64,000 nucleotides of DNA from Verrucomicrobiia bacterium (GCA_035577265.1 DATLVR010000066.1:93819-157818), one strand, 5' to 3'; counted from the stretch's first letter, positions 9,688-18,619 are shown. Notes: generated by a model from the letters alone, not told the origin. A program made the numbers and translations.

Positions 9688-9900
9688 ATGGCAGATCAAA
9701 CGTCCGAGCGGATCGAGACACTCGAGTCGCACGTCGCGCATCTCGAACATCAGCTTGAGCAGCTGAACGAAGTGGTGACCGAACAAAGCCAGCTGGTCGA
9801 GCATTTGAAAAAGCAGGTGCAGCGCCAGTCTGGTGTGCTGGAAACCATCGAGATGGAACGCATCAAGGCCAACAATCCCAAGCCGCCGCATCATCAATAG
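9688..9900 (+). CDS. slyX: SlyX family coiled-coil protein
   Basis: 70 aa with RIETLESHVAHLEHQLEQLNEVV.. heptad pattern typical of SlyX. Confidence 0.65.
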   Translation: MADQTSERIETLESHVAHLEHQLEQLNEVVTEQSQLVEHLKKQVQRQSGVLETIEMERIKANNPKPPHHQ

Positions 9901-10110
9901 CTTTGGCGGCACCCGCGTCTCGCGGGTCAAATTCGGCGTCTCGCCAAATTTCGTGACAGGGGCGGCTGGCCGGCCTTTATTCGACCGTCGGGAGGTGGCA
10001 CGCGGCACAGCGGTTTTCGGTGCGACGCCGAAAACAACCGGCTGGAGGCCTGTGCTACCCGGCCATTTCACCCGCCTCGACTTCGCTTGGATTTTTGTTA
10101 AACTCTTTCT

Positions 10111-11313
10111 GTGAGTTTTGTCGCTGAATTTAATTCGTTGCCGCTGGACGCGCTGGTCAATAAATCCACCGCCACCAGTTCCGCCACCGCGCGGGACACG
10201 CTCGGCAAATCCAACCTGTCGCTCGCGGATTTTGCCGCGCTGATTTCGCCCGCCGCCGGCGATTTGCTCGAAGCGATGGGCTGCCGGGCGCACGCGATGA
10301 CGCAGCAGCGTTTCGGCAAAACCATCCGCCTTTTCGCGCCGCTGTATCTTTCCAACGAATGCATCAACAATTGCTCCTATTGCGGTTTCTCGCGCGACAA
10401 TCCGATTCTCCGCGTCACGCTCTCGCTGGATGAGGTGCAGCGCGAGGCGGACGAATTGAAATCGCAGGGTTTCCGCAACCTGCTGCTCGTCGCGGGCGAG
10501 CATCCGAAATTTGTCTCGAACAATTACATGCGCGACTGCGTGGCCCGGCTGCATGCCGAATGGCCGAGCATCTCGCTAGAGGTCGGACCGATGGAAGTGG
10601 AAGACTACAAACCCATCGTCGCGACGGGCGCGGACGGGCTCGTCGTGTATCAGGAAACCTACGACCGCACGGTCTATGACCAGATGCACACCGCCGGGCC
10701 GAAGAAAAATTTCGACTGGCGGCTGGAAACACCCGAGCGCGCCTACGCCGCCGGTTTCCGCCGGCTGGGTCTGGGCGCGCTTTACGGACTGGCCGACTGG
10801 CGCTTCGAGGCGTTGAGTCTGGCGGCCCACGCGGATTATCTGCTGCGTCATTGCTGGAAGGCGCAGATCACGATTTCGCTGCCGCGCCTGCGCCCGTGCG
10901 CGGGCGAATTCGAGCCGCTCACGCACATCAGCGACCGCGAGCTGGCCCAGCTCATCTGCGCGTTCCGCCTGATGTTTCCCGATGTCGGCATCGTGCTCTC
11001 CACGCGCGAGACGCCGAAGCTGCGCGACGGATTGATTCCGCTCGGCGTGACGATGATGAGCGCCGGCGCCCGCACCGAACCGGGCGGCTACACCGGGGCC
11101 GGCCGGGAGAAAATCCATCACACCGAACGGGGCATCATCAAGGAGATCGCGTCCGGCTCCAGCGAATGGGTGCCGCAACTCAAGCGCCCGACGAACGCGA
11201 CCGGCCAGTTCGACATCGGCGACGAGCGCACGCCGCAGGAAGTCGCGGCGCTGATCCGCAAGCTCGGCTACGAGCCGGTGTGGAAGGATTGGGACGCGGC
11301 GCTGACGATGTGA
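10111..11313 (+). CDS. thiH: 2-iminoacetate synthase ThiH (radical SAM tyrosine lyase)
   Basis: CINNCSYCGF radical-SAM CX3CX2C motif, ThiH/HydG-like length, thiS nearby. GTG start. Confidence 0.8.
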   Translation: MSFVAEFNSLPLDALVNKSTATSSATARDTLGKSNLSLADFAALISPAAGDLLEAMGCRAHAMTQQRFGKTIRLFAPLYLSNECINNCSYCGFSRDNPILRVTLSLDEVQREADELKSQGFRNLLLVAGEHPKFVSNNYMRDCVARLHAEWPSISLEVGPMEVEDYKPIVATGADGLVVYQETYDRTVYDQMHTAGPKKNFDWRLETPERAYAAGFRRLGLGALYGLADWRFEALSLAAHADYLLRHCWKAQITISLPRLRPCAGEFEPLTHISDRELAQLICAFRLMFPDVGIVLSTRETPKLRDGLIPLGVTMMSAGARTEPGGYTGAGREKIHHTERGIIKEIASGSSEWVPQLKRPTNATGQFDIGDERTPQEVAALIRKLGYEPVWKDWDAALTM

Positions 11314-11316
11314 AGC

Positions 11317-11745
11317 ATGAAATCTCTGCAACGAATCTTGCTGGCGGCCGGTATCATTTCTGTAATGGCGTTTATTCTGCTGGCGATACTCGGCAATCCA
11401 AACCACAAGCCAGCCCTAAATGCAATATGTCGACTGGAATTGGGGGATATAAAAAATGCATTAGACGGCTATCAATCTAAATACGCAAACTATCCGGCTG
11501 GAAATCAATCTGAAATAATCAGATGTCTATGCGGAAACAATCCGGAACGATATCAATTCTTAAATATCAAGGCGAGCCAGCTGAATTTAGATAAAGGGTA
11601 TCTTGATCCTTGGGGAAGTCCTTTTACAATCAACTTTTCTTCAACGAATAGTTTTGTCATTTCATCAGCTGGCAAAGACAAACTTTTTGACACTAAGGAC
11701 GACATCATCTTCAACAGCCTCTCAAACGATTTCGTGAAACCATGA
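11317..11745 (+). CDS. GspG-like (type II secretion pseudopilin C-domain) membrane-anchored protein
   Basis: N-terminal TM but no G/FTLIE prepilin motif. DPWGSPFTINF..VISSAGKDKLFDTKDDIIF matches the GspG C-terminal signature. Visibly more A/T-rich than its flanks. Confidence 0.55.
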   Translation: MKSLQRILLAAGIISVMAFILLAILGNPNHKPALNAICRLELGDIKNALDGYQSKYANYPAGNQSEIIRCLCGNNPERYQFLNIKASQLNLDKGYLDPWGSPFTINFSSTNSFVISSAGKDKLFDTKDDIIFNSLSNDFVKP

Positions 11746-12824
11746 TTCTGCGCCAGTTCGCCTTCTTTTTATTTTTGTTCGCCTCGGTCTTTGTTTCAGC
11801 TGCCGCGGAGACGAATTATTTCTGCATCGTCTGCGGCAAGGGGCCGCTGTATGGCCAGATCTGGCTGCATCCGCGCGGCCCGATCTGCGATGTCTGTCAT
11901 AAGCTGGAAAACCGCTGCTCGCTCTGCGGCCTGCCCGTCCGCAACGGCGACGGCTCGGCGAAGACGGGCGACGGACGGTTCATCTGCAAATTCGACAGGC
12001 CCAACGCGGTGCTGGACGTGGAGGCGGCCCGGGAAATCTTCGAGAACACGCGCCGGGACGTGACGGATCTCTATGGCCAGGGTTTCCTGCTCAAATCTCC
12101 GGACGTGACCGTGAACATGTTCGACGTGGATTATTGGTCGGAGAAGGGCCGCGACAATGGCCTGGACAAATATGGTTTCGCCAGCACGCGCCGGACCCCA
12201 AGCGGCCAGTGCACGCACGAAGTCGTGGTGCTGAGCGGCCAGTTGCGCGACGAGATGATCGCCACCGCCGCGCACGAATACACGCATTTATGGATCAACG
12301 AAAACCGTCCGACCAACCGCGTGATCGCCGGCGACACGATCGAGGCGATCTGTGAACTGACGGCCTACAAGCTCATGCAGAAAAGGAATCTGCCGGAAAT
12401 GCAGAAACGAATCCTGGAGAATACCTACACCCACGGGGAAATCAAAACCCTGGTGGCGATCGAAAAGCGATACGATACGGATTCCGTGCTGGACTGGGTG
12501 AAGCATGGCAAGACCGAGACCCTGGAGGAAGACACGGGCTTGTCCGCCCCGGCTGTGTCGCCGCCGCCCGTGCAGTTCTCGTATGTCCCGCCGGTGCTGC
12601 CCCAGACGCTCAAGTTCAGCGGGCTGCTCACCATCGGGCAGGGCCGGCAGGCGGTCATCAACGGCCTCGCGTTTGCGGCGGGCGACCAGAAGTCCATCAA
12701 GTTGCGGGACAAAACGGTGCTGGTCCGCTGCCAGGAAATCCAGGATGCCGCCGTGGTGATAAAACTCAATGGATCGTCCGACCGCTTGACCTTGAAGAAG
12801 GGACAGGAAACATCGCTGCCATGA
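11742..12824 (+). CDS. secreted or anchored protein with a LIM-like double zinc finger and an HExxH metallopeptidase motif (DA1-like architecture)
   Basis: CX2CX17CX2C-X6-CX2CX19CX2D Cys pattern, then AAHEYTHLWINE. ATGA overlaps with both neighbours. Confidence 0.5.
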   Translation: MILRQFAFFLFLFASVFVSAAAETNYFCIVCGKGPLYGQIWLHPRGPICDVCHKLENRCSLCGLPVRNGDGSAKTGDGRFICKFDRPNAVLDVEAAREIFENTRRDVTDLYGQGFLLKSPDVTVNMFDVDYWSEKGRDNGLDKYGFASTRRTPSGQCTHEVVVLSGQLRDEMIATAAHEYTHLWINENRPTNRVIAGDTIEAICELTAYKLMQKRNLPEMQKRILENTYTHGEIKTLVAIEKRYDTDSVLDWVKHGKTETLEEDTGLSAPAVSPPPVQFSYVPPVLPQTLKFSGLLTIGQGRQAVINGLAFAAGDQKSIKLRDKTVLVRCQEIQDAAVVIKLNGSSDRLTLKKGQETSLP

Positions 12825-13024
12825 ACGAAATCATCGCCAACGGAAAAGCCATTGAAGCCAAGCTGCCCTGCTCGCTCGAGGAATTCCTGGTCGCGCAACA
12901 ACTTTTGCCGCGCAGCGTCGTGGTGGAGCACAACGGCGAAGCGGTCGCGCCGTCGGAATTTTCCGGGCGCCTGCTCAAGGCGGGAGACAAACTGGAGATC
13001 GTCAAGATTGTCGCGGGCGGCTGA
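12821..13024 (+). CDS. thiS: sulfur-carrier protein ThiS (ubiquitin-like beta-grasp, C-terminal GG)
   Basis: 67 aa: I.ANGK..., VVEHNGEAV, GDKLEIVKIVAGG-stop. Confidence 0.8.
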   Translation: MNEIIANGKAIEAKLPCSLEEFLVAQQLLPRSVVVEHNGEAVAPSEFSGRLLKAGDKLEIVKIVAGG

Positions 13025-13124
13025 GGCGGCGGGCGTGAAATTAGTGGCACGGGCGGGACGCCCGTGCCACTACCGGTCCGGATTCAGACTTGTTCCGGCC
13101 GCTTCGGTTCGTTAATAAAGAGAC

Positions 13125-14435
13125 ATGTTGAAGAATTTTCCAAAAATGTTCCGTTCCTTGATGATCTTGCTGCTGCTGGTTTTGGCCTGGTCGGTCTGGC
13201 AGTCGGTGGCGGAGACGAATCTGGCCACGGAAGCGGCGGGATTCAGCGCGGTTTCAAACCGGACGCCCGGCACAAACACCGTGGCCGCACCGGACAAATC
13301 CAATCTGGTCAAAGAATTTGCGTCGCCGGAGTGGATCAAAAGCCTGGCGCAGGACTGGCCGTTTCTGCGTTATCATTATTTGGGAAACGAGCTGTGGAAA
13401 TATATTTTCTCGCTGATCTACATCTTCCTCGCCTTTTACGTCTCAAAGTTCCTCGACTATTTGACGCGGGTCTGGCTCAAAAAGTGGGCAAGCCGGACGA
13501 CCTCCAAGCTGGACGACCTGCTGCTGGAATTGCTTAACGGACCGGTGAAAATCGTGTCATTCGTGATTTTCCTGCGCATCGGGCTGGATGTATTTGACTG
13601 GCCGGCGCAGGTTCAGAGCATCCTCAGCAAGGGCTTCACCGTCATCGTCGCGGTCACCGTCACCTACGCGGTGATGAAACTGGTGGATCTGCTGATGGGT
13701 TACTGGCACCTGCGGGCGGCGGCGGATGCGGACCCGCAATTCCGCGAACAGATATTCCCCATCATCCGCAAGACATTCAAGGCGTTCGTGGTGGTGGTGG
13801 CGACGCTGGTGACGTTGTCCAACATCGGGGTGAACATCACGGCGGCCATCGCCTCGCTGTCCATCGGCGGCCTGGCGGTCGGCCTGGCGGCGCAGGACAC
13901 GCTGGCGAATCTGTTCGGCGCGGTGGCCATCCTCCTGGACAAGCCATTCCGCATCGGCGACCAGATCATGCTCGACAACGTCACCGGCGCGGTGGAGACC
14001 ATCGGCTTGCGCAGCACCAAAATCCGCAATCTGGACGGGCATCTGGTGACCATCCCCAACAAGACGATGGGCAACGCCACGCTCACCAACATCACCAGCC
14101 GGCCCAACATCAAAACGGTGATGAACATCGGCATCACTTACGACACCCCGACGGAAAAAGTGAAACGCGCGCTGGCCATTCTGGAAGAGATCTACCAAGG
14201 CAATCCGAACACGAAAGATTTGCTGGTGAGCTTCAACAAGTTCACCGATTCGACCCTGAACTTGCAAGTTGTCCACTGGTGGAACTCGACTGACATGAAG
14301 GCATATCTGGCAGGGATGCAGGAAATCAATCTGGCCATCAAGGAACGGTTTGATGCGGAAGGCATCGGCTTCGCCTTCCCGTCGCAGACGCTTTACTTGA
14401 AGCAGGATTCCAACTGGAGCATCGCGCAAAAATGA
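13125..14435 (+). CDS. mechanosensitive ion channel (MscS family)
   Basis: TM region followed by LANLFGAVAILLDKPFRIGDQI and MscS beta-domain-like sequence. Confidence 0.85.
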   Translation: MLKNFPKMFRSLMILLLLVLAWSVWQSVAETNLATEAAGFSAVSNRTPGTNTVAAPDKSNLVKEFASPEWIKSLAQDWPFLRYHYLGNELWKYIFSLIYIFLAFYVSKFLDYLTRVWLKKWASRTTSKLDDLLLELLNGPVKIVSFVIFLRIGLDVFDWPAQVQSILSKGFTVIVAVTVTYAVMKLVDLLMGYWHLRAAADADPQFREQIFPIIRKTFKAFVVVVATLVTLSNIGVNITAAIASLSIGGLAVGLAAQDTLANLFGAVAILLDKPFRIGDQIMLDNVTGAVETIGLRSTKIRNLDGHLVTIPNKTMGNATLTNITSRPNIKTVMNIGITYDTPTEKVKRALAILEEIYQGNPNTKDLLVSFNKFTDSTLNLQVVHWWNSTDMKAYLAGMQEINLAIKERFDAEGIGFAFPSQTLYLKQDSNWSIAQK

Positions 14436-14521
14436 CAGCGCGCTTGAACGGGAACGCCGCAGTTGCGCGGCAGCAAATCCAAACGAATAGTTCCGCCGCC
14501 TGAAGGAAGGCGGCGTTCCCG

Positions 14522-14563
14522 AAAAACAAACGCCGCCGGCAGATTTTCATCTGGACGGCGGCG
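14522..14563 (-). terminator. putative intrinsic terminator of the small-protein operon
   Basis: On the minus strand cgccgccg..17 nt..cggcggcg is followed by tttgttttt. Lies between convergent genes. Confidence 0.45.
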
Positions 14564-14580
14564 GGAATAATCAGGGACGC

Positions 14581-14904
14581 CTATTTTTTAGGCGCGGCAA
14601 CGTTGGTCGGCGCGATACCGTATTTCTTCAGAATCGGCTGGAAATCGGGGTGTGTCGTCCCAAAAGCCTGGAGTTGTTTGACGAAATTCATGATGTTCGG
14701 GCCGTTTTGTGAATAGGCCTGGATGAGCTGCGTGGCCTGGGGCTTGATGGACGCGATGTCGCGGCGCGTCAAACTGGCCTGGCGATACAGGAAGACCGTG
14801 AGCGTTCCGCTGACGATGATGAGCGCGAGGAGCAAGGTGAAAGTCTGCTTGCGCAGCGCGGCGATTTGATCCGACAGCTCGGTTTGCGTGGGGGATTCGT
14901 TCAT
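14581..14904 (-). CDS. small single-TM protein, unknown function
   Basis: 107 aa, one TM (FTLLLALIIVSGTLTVFLY), C-terminal ..AAPKK. Paralogue of the upstream gene. Confidence 0.5.
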   Translation of the reverse strand: MNESPTQTELSDQIAALRKQTFTLLLALIIVSGTLTVFLYRQASLTRRDIASIKPQATQLIQAYSQNGPNIMNFVKQLQAFGTTHPDFQPILKKYGIAPTNVAAPKK

Positions 14905-14916
14905 GGTGATTAAAAA

Positions 14917-15186
14917 CTATTTCTTGGCGGGAGCGGCCGCCGGCGGGGTCTGCGCGGCGTTCAGGAGCTTGGTGAGTTCCGCGCTGGGGCTCTTCTGGTT
15001 GTAGGCGGCCACGTCATTCGCGAGCGCCTGCACCTGCATCAGGCTGGTGTTGGCGACGGTCGCCTGCACGGTCAGCGACCGGAATTCGCGCGTGAGGAAA
15101 ATGGTTTGCAGCGCGAATATCACGCCGGCAATCGCCAGCATGCCGAGCACAAAAGTCAACACCGTGTTTGTGGTTTCACATTTCAT
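14917..15186 (-). CDS. small single-TM protein, unknown function
   Basis: 89 aa, one TM, C-terminal ..AAPAKK. Same layout as 14581-14904. Confidence 0.5.
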   Translation of the reverse strand: MKCETTNTVLTFVLGMLAIAGVIFALQTIFLTREFRSLTVQATVANTSLMQVQALANDVAAYNQKSPSAELTKLLNAAQTPPAAAPAKK

Positions 15187-15280
15187 ACGAGTCCGGAAAA
15201 TCTAGCGAAACGGCGGCGGATGTCCACTTCGTTTTTGTTCAGTTGAAGTCGGGTGGCGCATCGGCTACTTTCTTCAGACT

Positions 15281-16654
15281 ATGACGTTGACTGAAAAGAT
15301 CCTCGCGCGCGCCGCCGGCAAAACCTCCGTGCAGGCCGGCGACAACATCTGGGTGAATGCCGACGTGCTCATGACGCACGATGTTTGCGGGCCGGGCACC
15401 ATCGGCGTGTTCAAACGCGAGTTTGGCAAGGAGGCGAAGGTCTGGGACAAGAACAAGATCGTCATCATTCCCGACCACTACATCTTCACCGCCGACTCCA
15501 AGTCCAACCGCAACGTGGACATCCTCCGCGATTTCTCGCGCGAGCAGGGCATCGAGTATTTCTACGACGTGATTGACGACTCAAACGGCCACTGGGTCTT
15601 CGACGCGTCCAAGGGCAACATGAAGAAGCAATACGGTTCGCGCTACGCGGGCGTCTGCCACACGGCGCTGCCCGCGAAAGGCCACACGCGCCCCGGCGAA
15701 ATTCTGTTCGGCACGGACTCGCACACCTGCATGGCGGGCGCGTTCAACCAGTTCGCCACCGGCATCGGCAACACCGACGCGGGTTTCGTGATGGGCACGG
15801 GCAAGCTGCTCATCAAGGTTCCCGAGACCATGCATTTCCGGCTCGAAGGCAAATTGCAGCCCGGCGTCATGGCCAAGGACATCATCCTCCATTGCATCGG
15901 CGAAATCGGTTTTGACGGCGCGACCTATCGCGCGATGCAGTTCGACGGCGAAGGCGCCTTGAACCTCTCGATTGACGACCGCATGACCATCGCCAACATG
16001 GCCATCGAGGCCGGCGGCAAGAACGCCATGTTTGAATTCGATTCGCGCACGGCGGAATACGTGGACGCGCGCGTGAAATTGAACGGCACCAAATCCACTT
16101 ACGAACCCGTCGCCCGTGACAAGAACGAGAAGTTCGTTTACGAACTCGTGGTGGACCTGAGCAAGCTCGAACCGACCGTCGCGTGCCACCCCGATCCGGG
16201 CCAGCGCAAGAAGGCGAAGGACATGGACGTGAAGCTGGACCGCGCCTACGTCGGTTCCTGCACCGGCGGCAAGACGAGCGACTTTGTGGAATTCGCCCAC
16301 ATCCTGCGCGGCAAAAAAGTGGTGATTGATACGTTCGGCGTGCCCGCGACCCCGGACATCGTGCGCGATTTGCAGTCCACCTACTGGGGCAACACCACCA
16401 TTTGGGACGTGCTGGTGAATGCGGGTGTGCAAATGACCGAGAACGCCGGCTGCGCCGCTTGCCTCGGCGGTCCGGTGGACACCTTCGGCCGCATCAACAA
16501 ATCCGGCATCAAATGCATCAGCGCGACGAACCGCAATTTCCCCGGCCGCATGGGCGACAAGGAATCGCAGGTGTTTCTCGCCTCGCCGATGACGGTGGCG
16601 GCCAGCGCCCTGACCGGCAAGGTCACCGACCCGCGCGAGTATTTGGGGAATTAA
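15281..16654 (+). CDS. leuC: 3-isopropylmalate (or homoaconitate) dehydratase large subunit, aconitase family
   Basis: MTLTEKILARAAGK N-terminus, Fe-S ligand Cys regions (DSHTC, GSCTGG, CAACLG). Confidence 0.85.
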   Translation: MTLTEKILARAAGKTSVQAGDNIWVNADVLMTHDVCGPGTIGVFKREFGKEAKVWDKNKIVIIPDHYIFTADSKSNRNVDILRDFSREQGIEYFYDVIDDSNGHWVFDASKGNMKKQYGSRYAGVCHTALPAKGHTRPGEILFGTDSHTCMAGAFNQFATGIGNTDAGFVMGTGKLLIKVPETMHFRLEGKLQPGVMAKDIILHCIGEIGFDGATYRAMQFDGEGALNLSIDDRMTIANMAIEAGGKNAMFEFDSRTAEYVDARVKLNGTKSTYEPVARDKNEKFVYELVVDLSKLEPTVACHPDPGQRKKAKDMDVKLDRAYVGSCTGGKTSDFVEFAHILRGKKVVIDTFGVPATPDIVRDLQSTYWGNTTIWDVLVNAGVQMTENAGCAACLGGPVDTFGRINKSGIKCISATNRNFPGRMGDKESQVFLASPMTVAASALTGKVTDPREYLGN

Positions 16655-16660
16655 GCCAAG

Positions 16661-16921
16661 ATGAAAGCCCGGAAGGTTCTTGAAAAAATTCTTTCCGGTT
16701 CGCGCAACATCCGGTTTGAGGATGCCTGCCGTCTGGCGAAGGCTTTGGGGTTTGAATTGGACAGAACGCGTGGCAGCCACCACATTTTCGTGCATGGCGA
16801 AGTGCCGGGGTTGCGGTTGAATTTGCAGCCCGACCGCAACGGCCAGATGAAAATGTATCAAGTCCGGCAGTTGCTGGACGCGATGGAAATGAACGGCTTG
16901 AGACTGGATGACGAAACATGA
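16661..16921 (+). CDS. hicA: HicA-family mRNA interferase toxin
   Basis: 86 aa with LGFELDRTRGSHHIF, the HicA core motif. Starts 6 nt after the leuC stop. Confidence 0.7.
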   Translation: MKARKVLEKILSGSRNIRFEDACRLAKALGFELDRTRGSHHIFVHGEVPGLRLNLQPDRNGQMKMYQVRQLLDAMEMNGLRLDDET

Positions 16922-17139
16922 AAACGCGCTATCACATCAACGTCTTTTACAGCGAGGAAGACAAGTGCTACATCGCCGACATTCCTGATTTGAAATACTG
17001 CTCGGCGCACGGAGCAACCCCGGAAGCAGCGATGCACGAAGTTTTGATTGCACAGGAACTGTGGTTGGAATCCATGCGGGCCACGCGCAAGCGCGCACCC
17101 GAAGCAAAATATCGCCCCGCAGTTTATGCGCTGGCTTGA
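16918..17139 (+). CDS. hicB: HicB-family antitoxin
   Basis: 73 aa, YHINVFYSEEDKCYIADIPDLKYCSAHGATPEAAMHEV fits the HicB N-domain. ATGA overlap with hicA. Confidence 0.7.
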   Translation: MKTRYHINVFYSEEDKCYIADIPDLKYCSAHGATPEAAMHEVLIAQELWLESMRATRKRAPEAKYRPAVYALA

Positions 17140-17161
17140 AACAAAACTGGCGACGGCTTCC

Positions 17162-17215
17162 GCCAGCGCCTTGACCGGCAAGGTCACCGACCCGCGCGAG
17201 TATTTGGGGAATTGA
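17162..17215 (+). repeat. displaced copy of the last 17 codons plus stop of leuC
   Basis: 52/54 nt identical to 16601-16654. The differences are ctg>ttg (synonymous) and taa>tga. Confidence 0.95.
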
Positions 17216-17249
17216 ATTCATCCGGCTTGCAGTTAAGGTGAATTGTCTT

Positions 17250-17630
17250 ATGAGCCAATTCCGAGTCAACGTGACCGTTGTGAATCCGAAACAGGAAGAG
17301 CTGGTGACCGCACCGGTTTCCGCGCTCGTTGACACCGGCTCCGAGCTCACCTGGCTGCCGGCGCAACTGCTCGCCGACATCGGCGTGACGCCGCGCCGCG
17401 AACGGCTGTTTGAGATGGCGAACAAGCAAGTCATCAAACGCCCCGTCGGTTACGGCATCATTCGCGCCGAGGGCTACGAGACCAACGACGAGATTGTCTT
17501 TGCCGAGCCGGGCGACATGACGCTGCTCGGGGTGCGCACGCTGGAAGGTTTCGGCGTGGTGGTGGACAACATTGGCAAAAGATTCACGGCCGCGCCGACT
17601 TTGGTGGTTTCGGTCCGGCTGGCAAAATAA
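17250..17630 (+). CDS. retropepsin-like (clan AA) aspartic protease
   Basis: ALVDTGSELTWLP catalytic DTGS motif. About 126 aa. Confidence 0.6.
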   Translation: MSQFRVNVTVVNPKQEELVTAPVSALVDTGSELTWLPAQLLADIGVTPRRERLFEMANKQVIKRPVGYGIIRAEGYETNDEIVFAEPGDMTLLGVRTLEGFGVVVDNIGKRFTAAPTLVVSVRLAK

Positions 17631-17672
17631 TCTGTGTCCGTCCTCACTTGCCATGAAGTTTCGTAGGAACGC

Positions 17673-18068
17673 ATGAGCAACGCCCTGGAAAATGTCCGTC
17701 GGCGGTTGGTCGGTGCGGCACAAGCTTTGGAAGGCGCCCATGTTCCTTACGCCGTTGCGGATGACAACGCCGTGGCTGCCTGGGTTTCGCGCGCAGATGA
17801 GGCGGCCGTGCGCAACCCGCAGGATGTGGACATTGTTTTGCGGCGAACGGATCTGTCTGCCGCCCGCAAAGCCTTGGAGGAAGCCGGGTTCGTTTATCGC
17901 CACGTGGCGAGCATTGACATGTTTCTCGACGGACCCGACGCGAAGGCGCGCGACGCGGTTCGCATTGTTTTCGCCGCCGAAAAAGTCCGCGCGGATTACG
18001 CCACGCTTGCAGGAATTGCTGGACAACCCGGAAGGTTGACCCGCCATGAACGTGCCCGCCACCCTTGA
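17673..18068 (+). CDS. nucleotidyltransferase-like protein, probably truncated
   Basis: ..PYAVADDNAVAAWV..QDVDIVL.. resembles the minimal NTase fold (AbiEii-like), but it is short with a degenerate G-G/S motif. Confidence 0.3.
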   Translation: MSNALENVRRRLVGAAQALEGAHVPYAVADDNAVAAWVSRADEAAVRNPQDVDIVLRRTDLSAARKALEEAGFVYRHVASIDMFLDGPDAKARDAVRIVFAAEKVRADYATLAGIAGQPGRLTRHERARHP

Positions 18069-18200
18069 ATCCCGCACCCTGGCCGTGTCCATCGCCCGCG
18101 AGGCGGAGGCGGTTTACCGGTTCGTTTCCAATCCCGCCAACCTGCCGCAATGGGCGACGGCGTTTTGCCAATCCATCCGCCAAGCTCGCTGTTACGAGAA
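18046..18200 (+). pseudogene. SRPBCC-like gene fragment
   Basis: First ~45 codons (SIAREAEAVYRFVSNPANLPQWATAF) look SRPBCC-like. The frame then degenerates and runs into the convergent lipoprotein gene. Confidence 0.3.
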
Positions 18201-18241
18201 CGTTGGCGCAAACTTGGGGAATAATTTTGATTCGTTCTCCC

Positions 18242-18619
18242 TCAATGATCCCGGTCATTGTCACGCCGGACGGGCGTCGGGTGCGCCGGATGGGGCTGGC
18301 GAGCGACTTCCACCGGGTGTTGAACGGTGGGCGCGGCGCCGGCGCGCGACTCGGGATGAGTCTTGACCCAGACATTGACGCGCTGTGACCGGACCGGGTC
18401 GCAAACCACCCAAACCTGACGGGGTCCCCAGTAATAATATTCGCCGCCATACCAGCCCGCATATTCGTAACCATCCCAGAAGCAATAATCGGGAGCGAAG
18501 CCGACCACTGCCACGCCGGGTGGAGGGGGTGGCGGTCCTTTATCCGCACAGCCGGCTGTCAGGACCAAGGCTGCAAGGCCGGAAGCCGCCAGCGCCCGGA
18601 TGATCTTACACGTTTTCAT
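18242..18619 (-). CDS. small lipoprotein rich in Pro/Tyr/Trp
   Basis: Lipobox LTAGC, then PPPPPPG..GWYGGEYYYWGPRQVWVV. Confidence 0.55.
   Translation of the reverse strand: MKTCKIIRALAASGLAALVLTAGCADKGPPPPPPGVAVVGFAPDYCFWDGYEYAGWYGGEYYYWGPRQVWVVCDPVRSQRVNVWVKTHPESRAGAAPTVQHPVEVARQPHPAHPTPVRRDNDRDH

Noticed and set aside
9901-10110. Possible TPP (THI-box) riboswitch upstream of thiH
   Set aside because: I could not find the conserved CUGAGA / ACCUGA-type core or the expected helices. The region instead contains short GC hairpins (for example acccgcg-tct-cgcgggt right after the slyX stop) and looks like generic REP-like sequence. A covariance-model scan (Rfam RF00059) would settle it.
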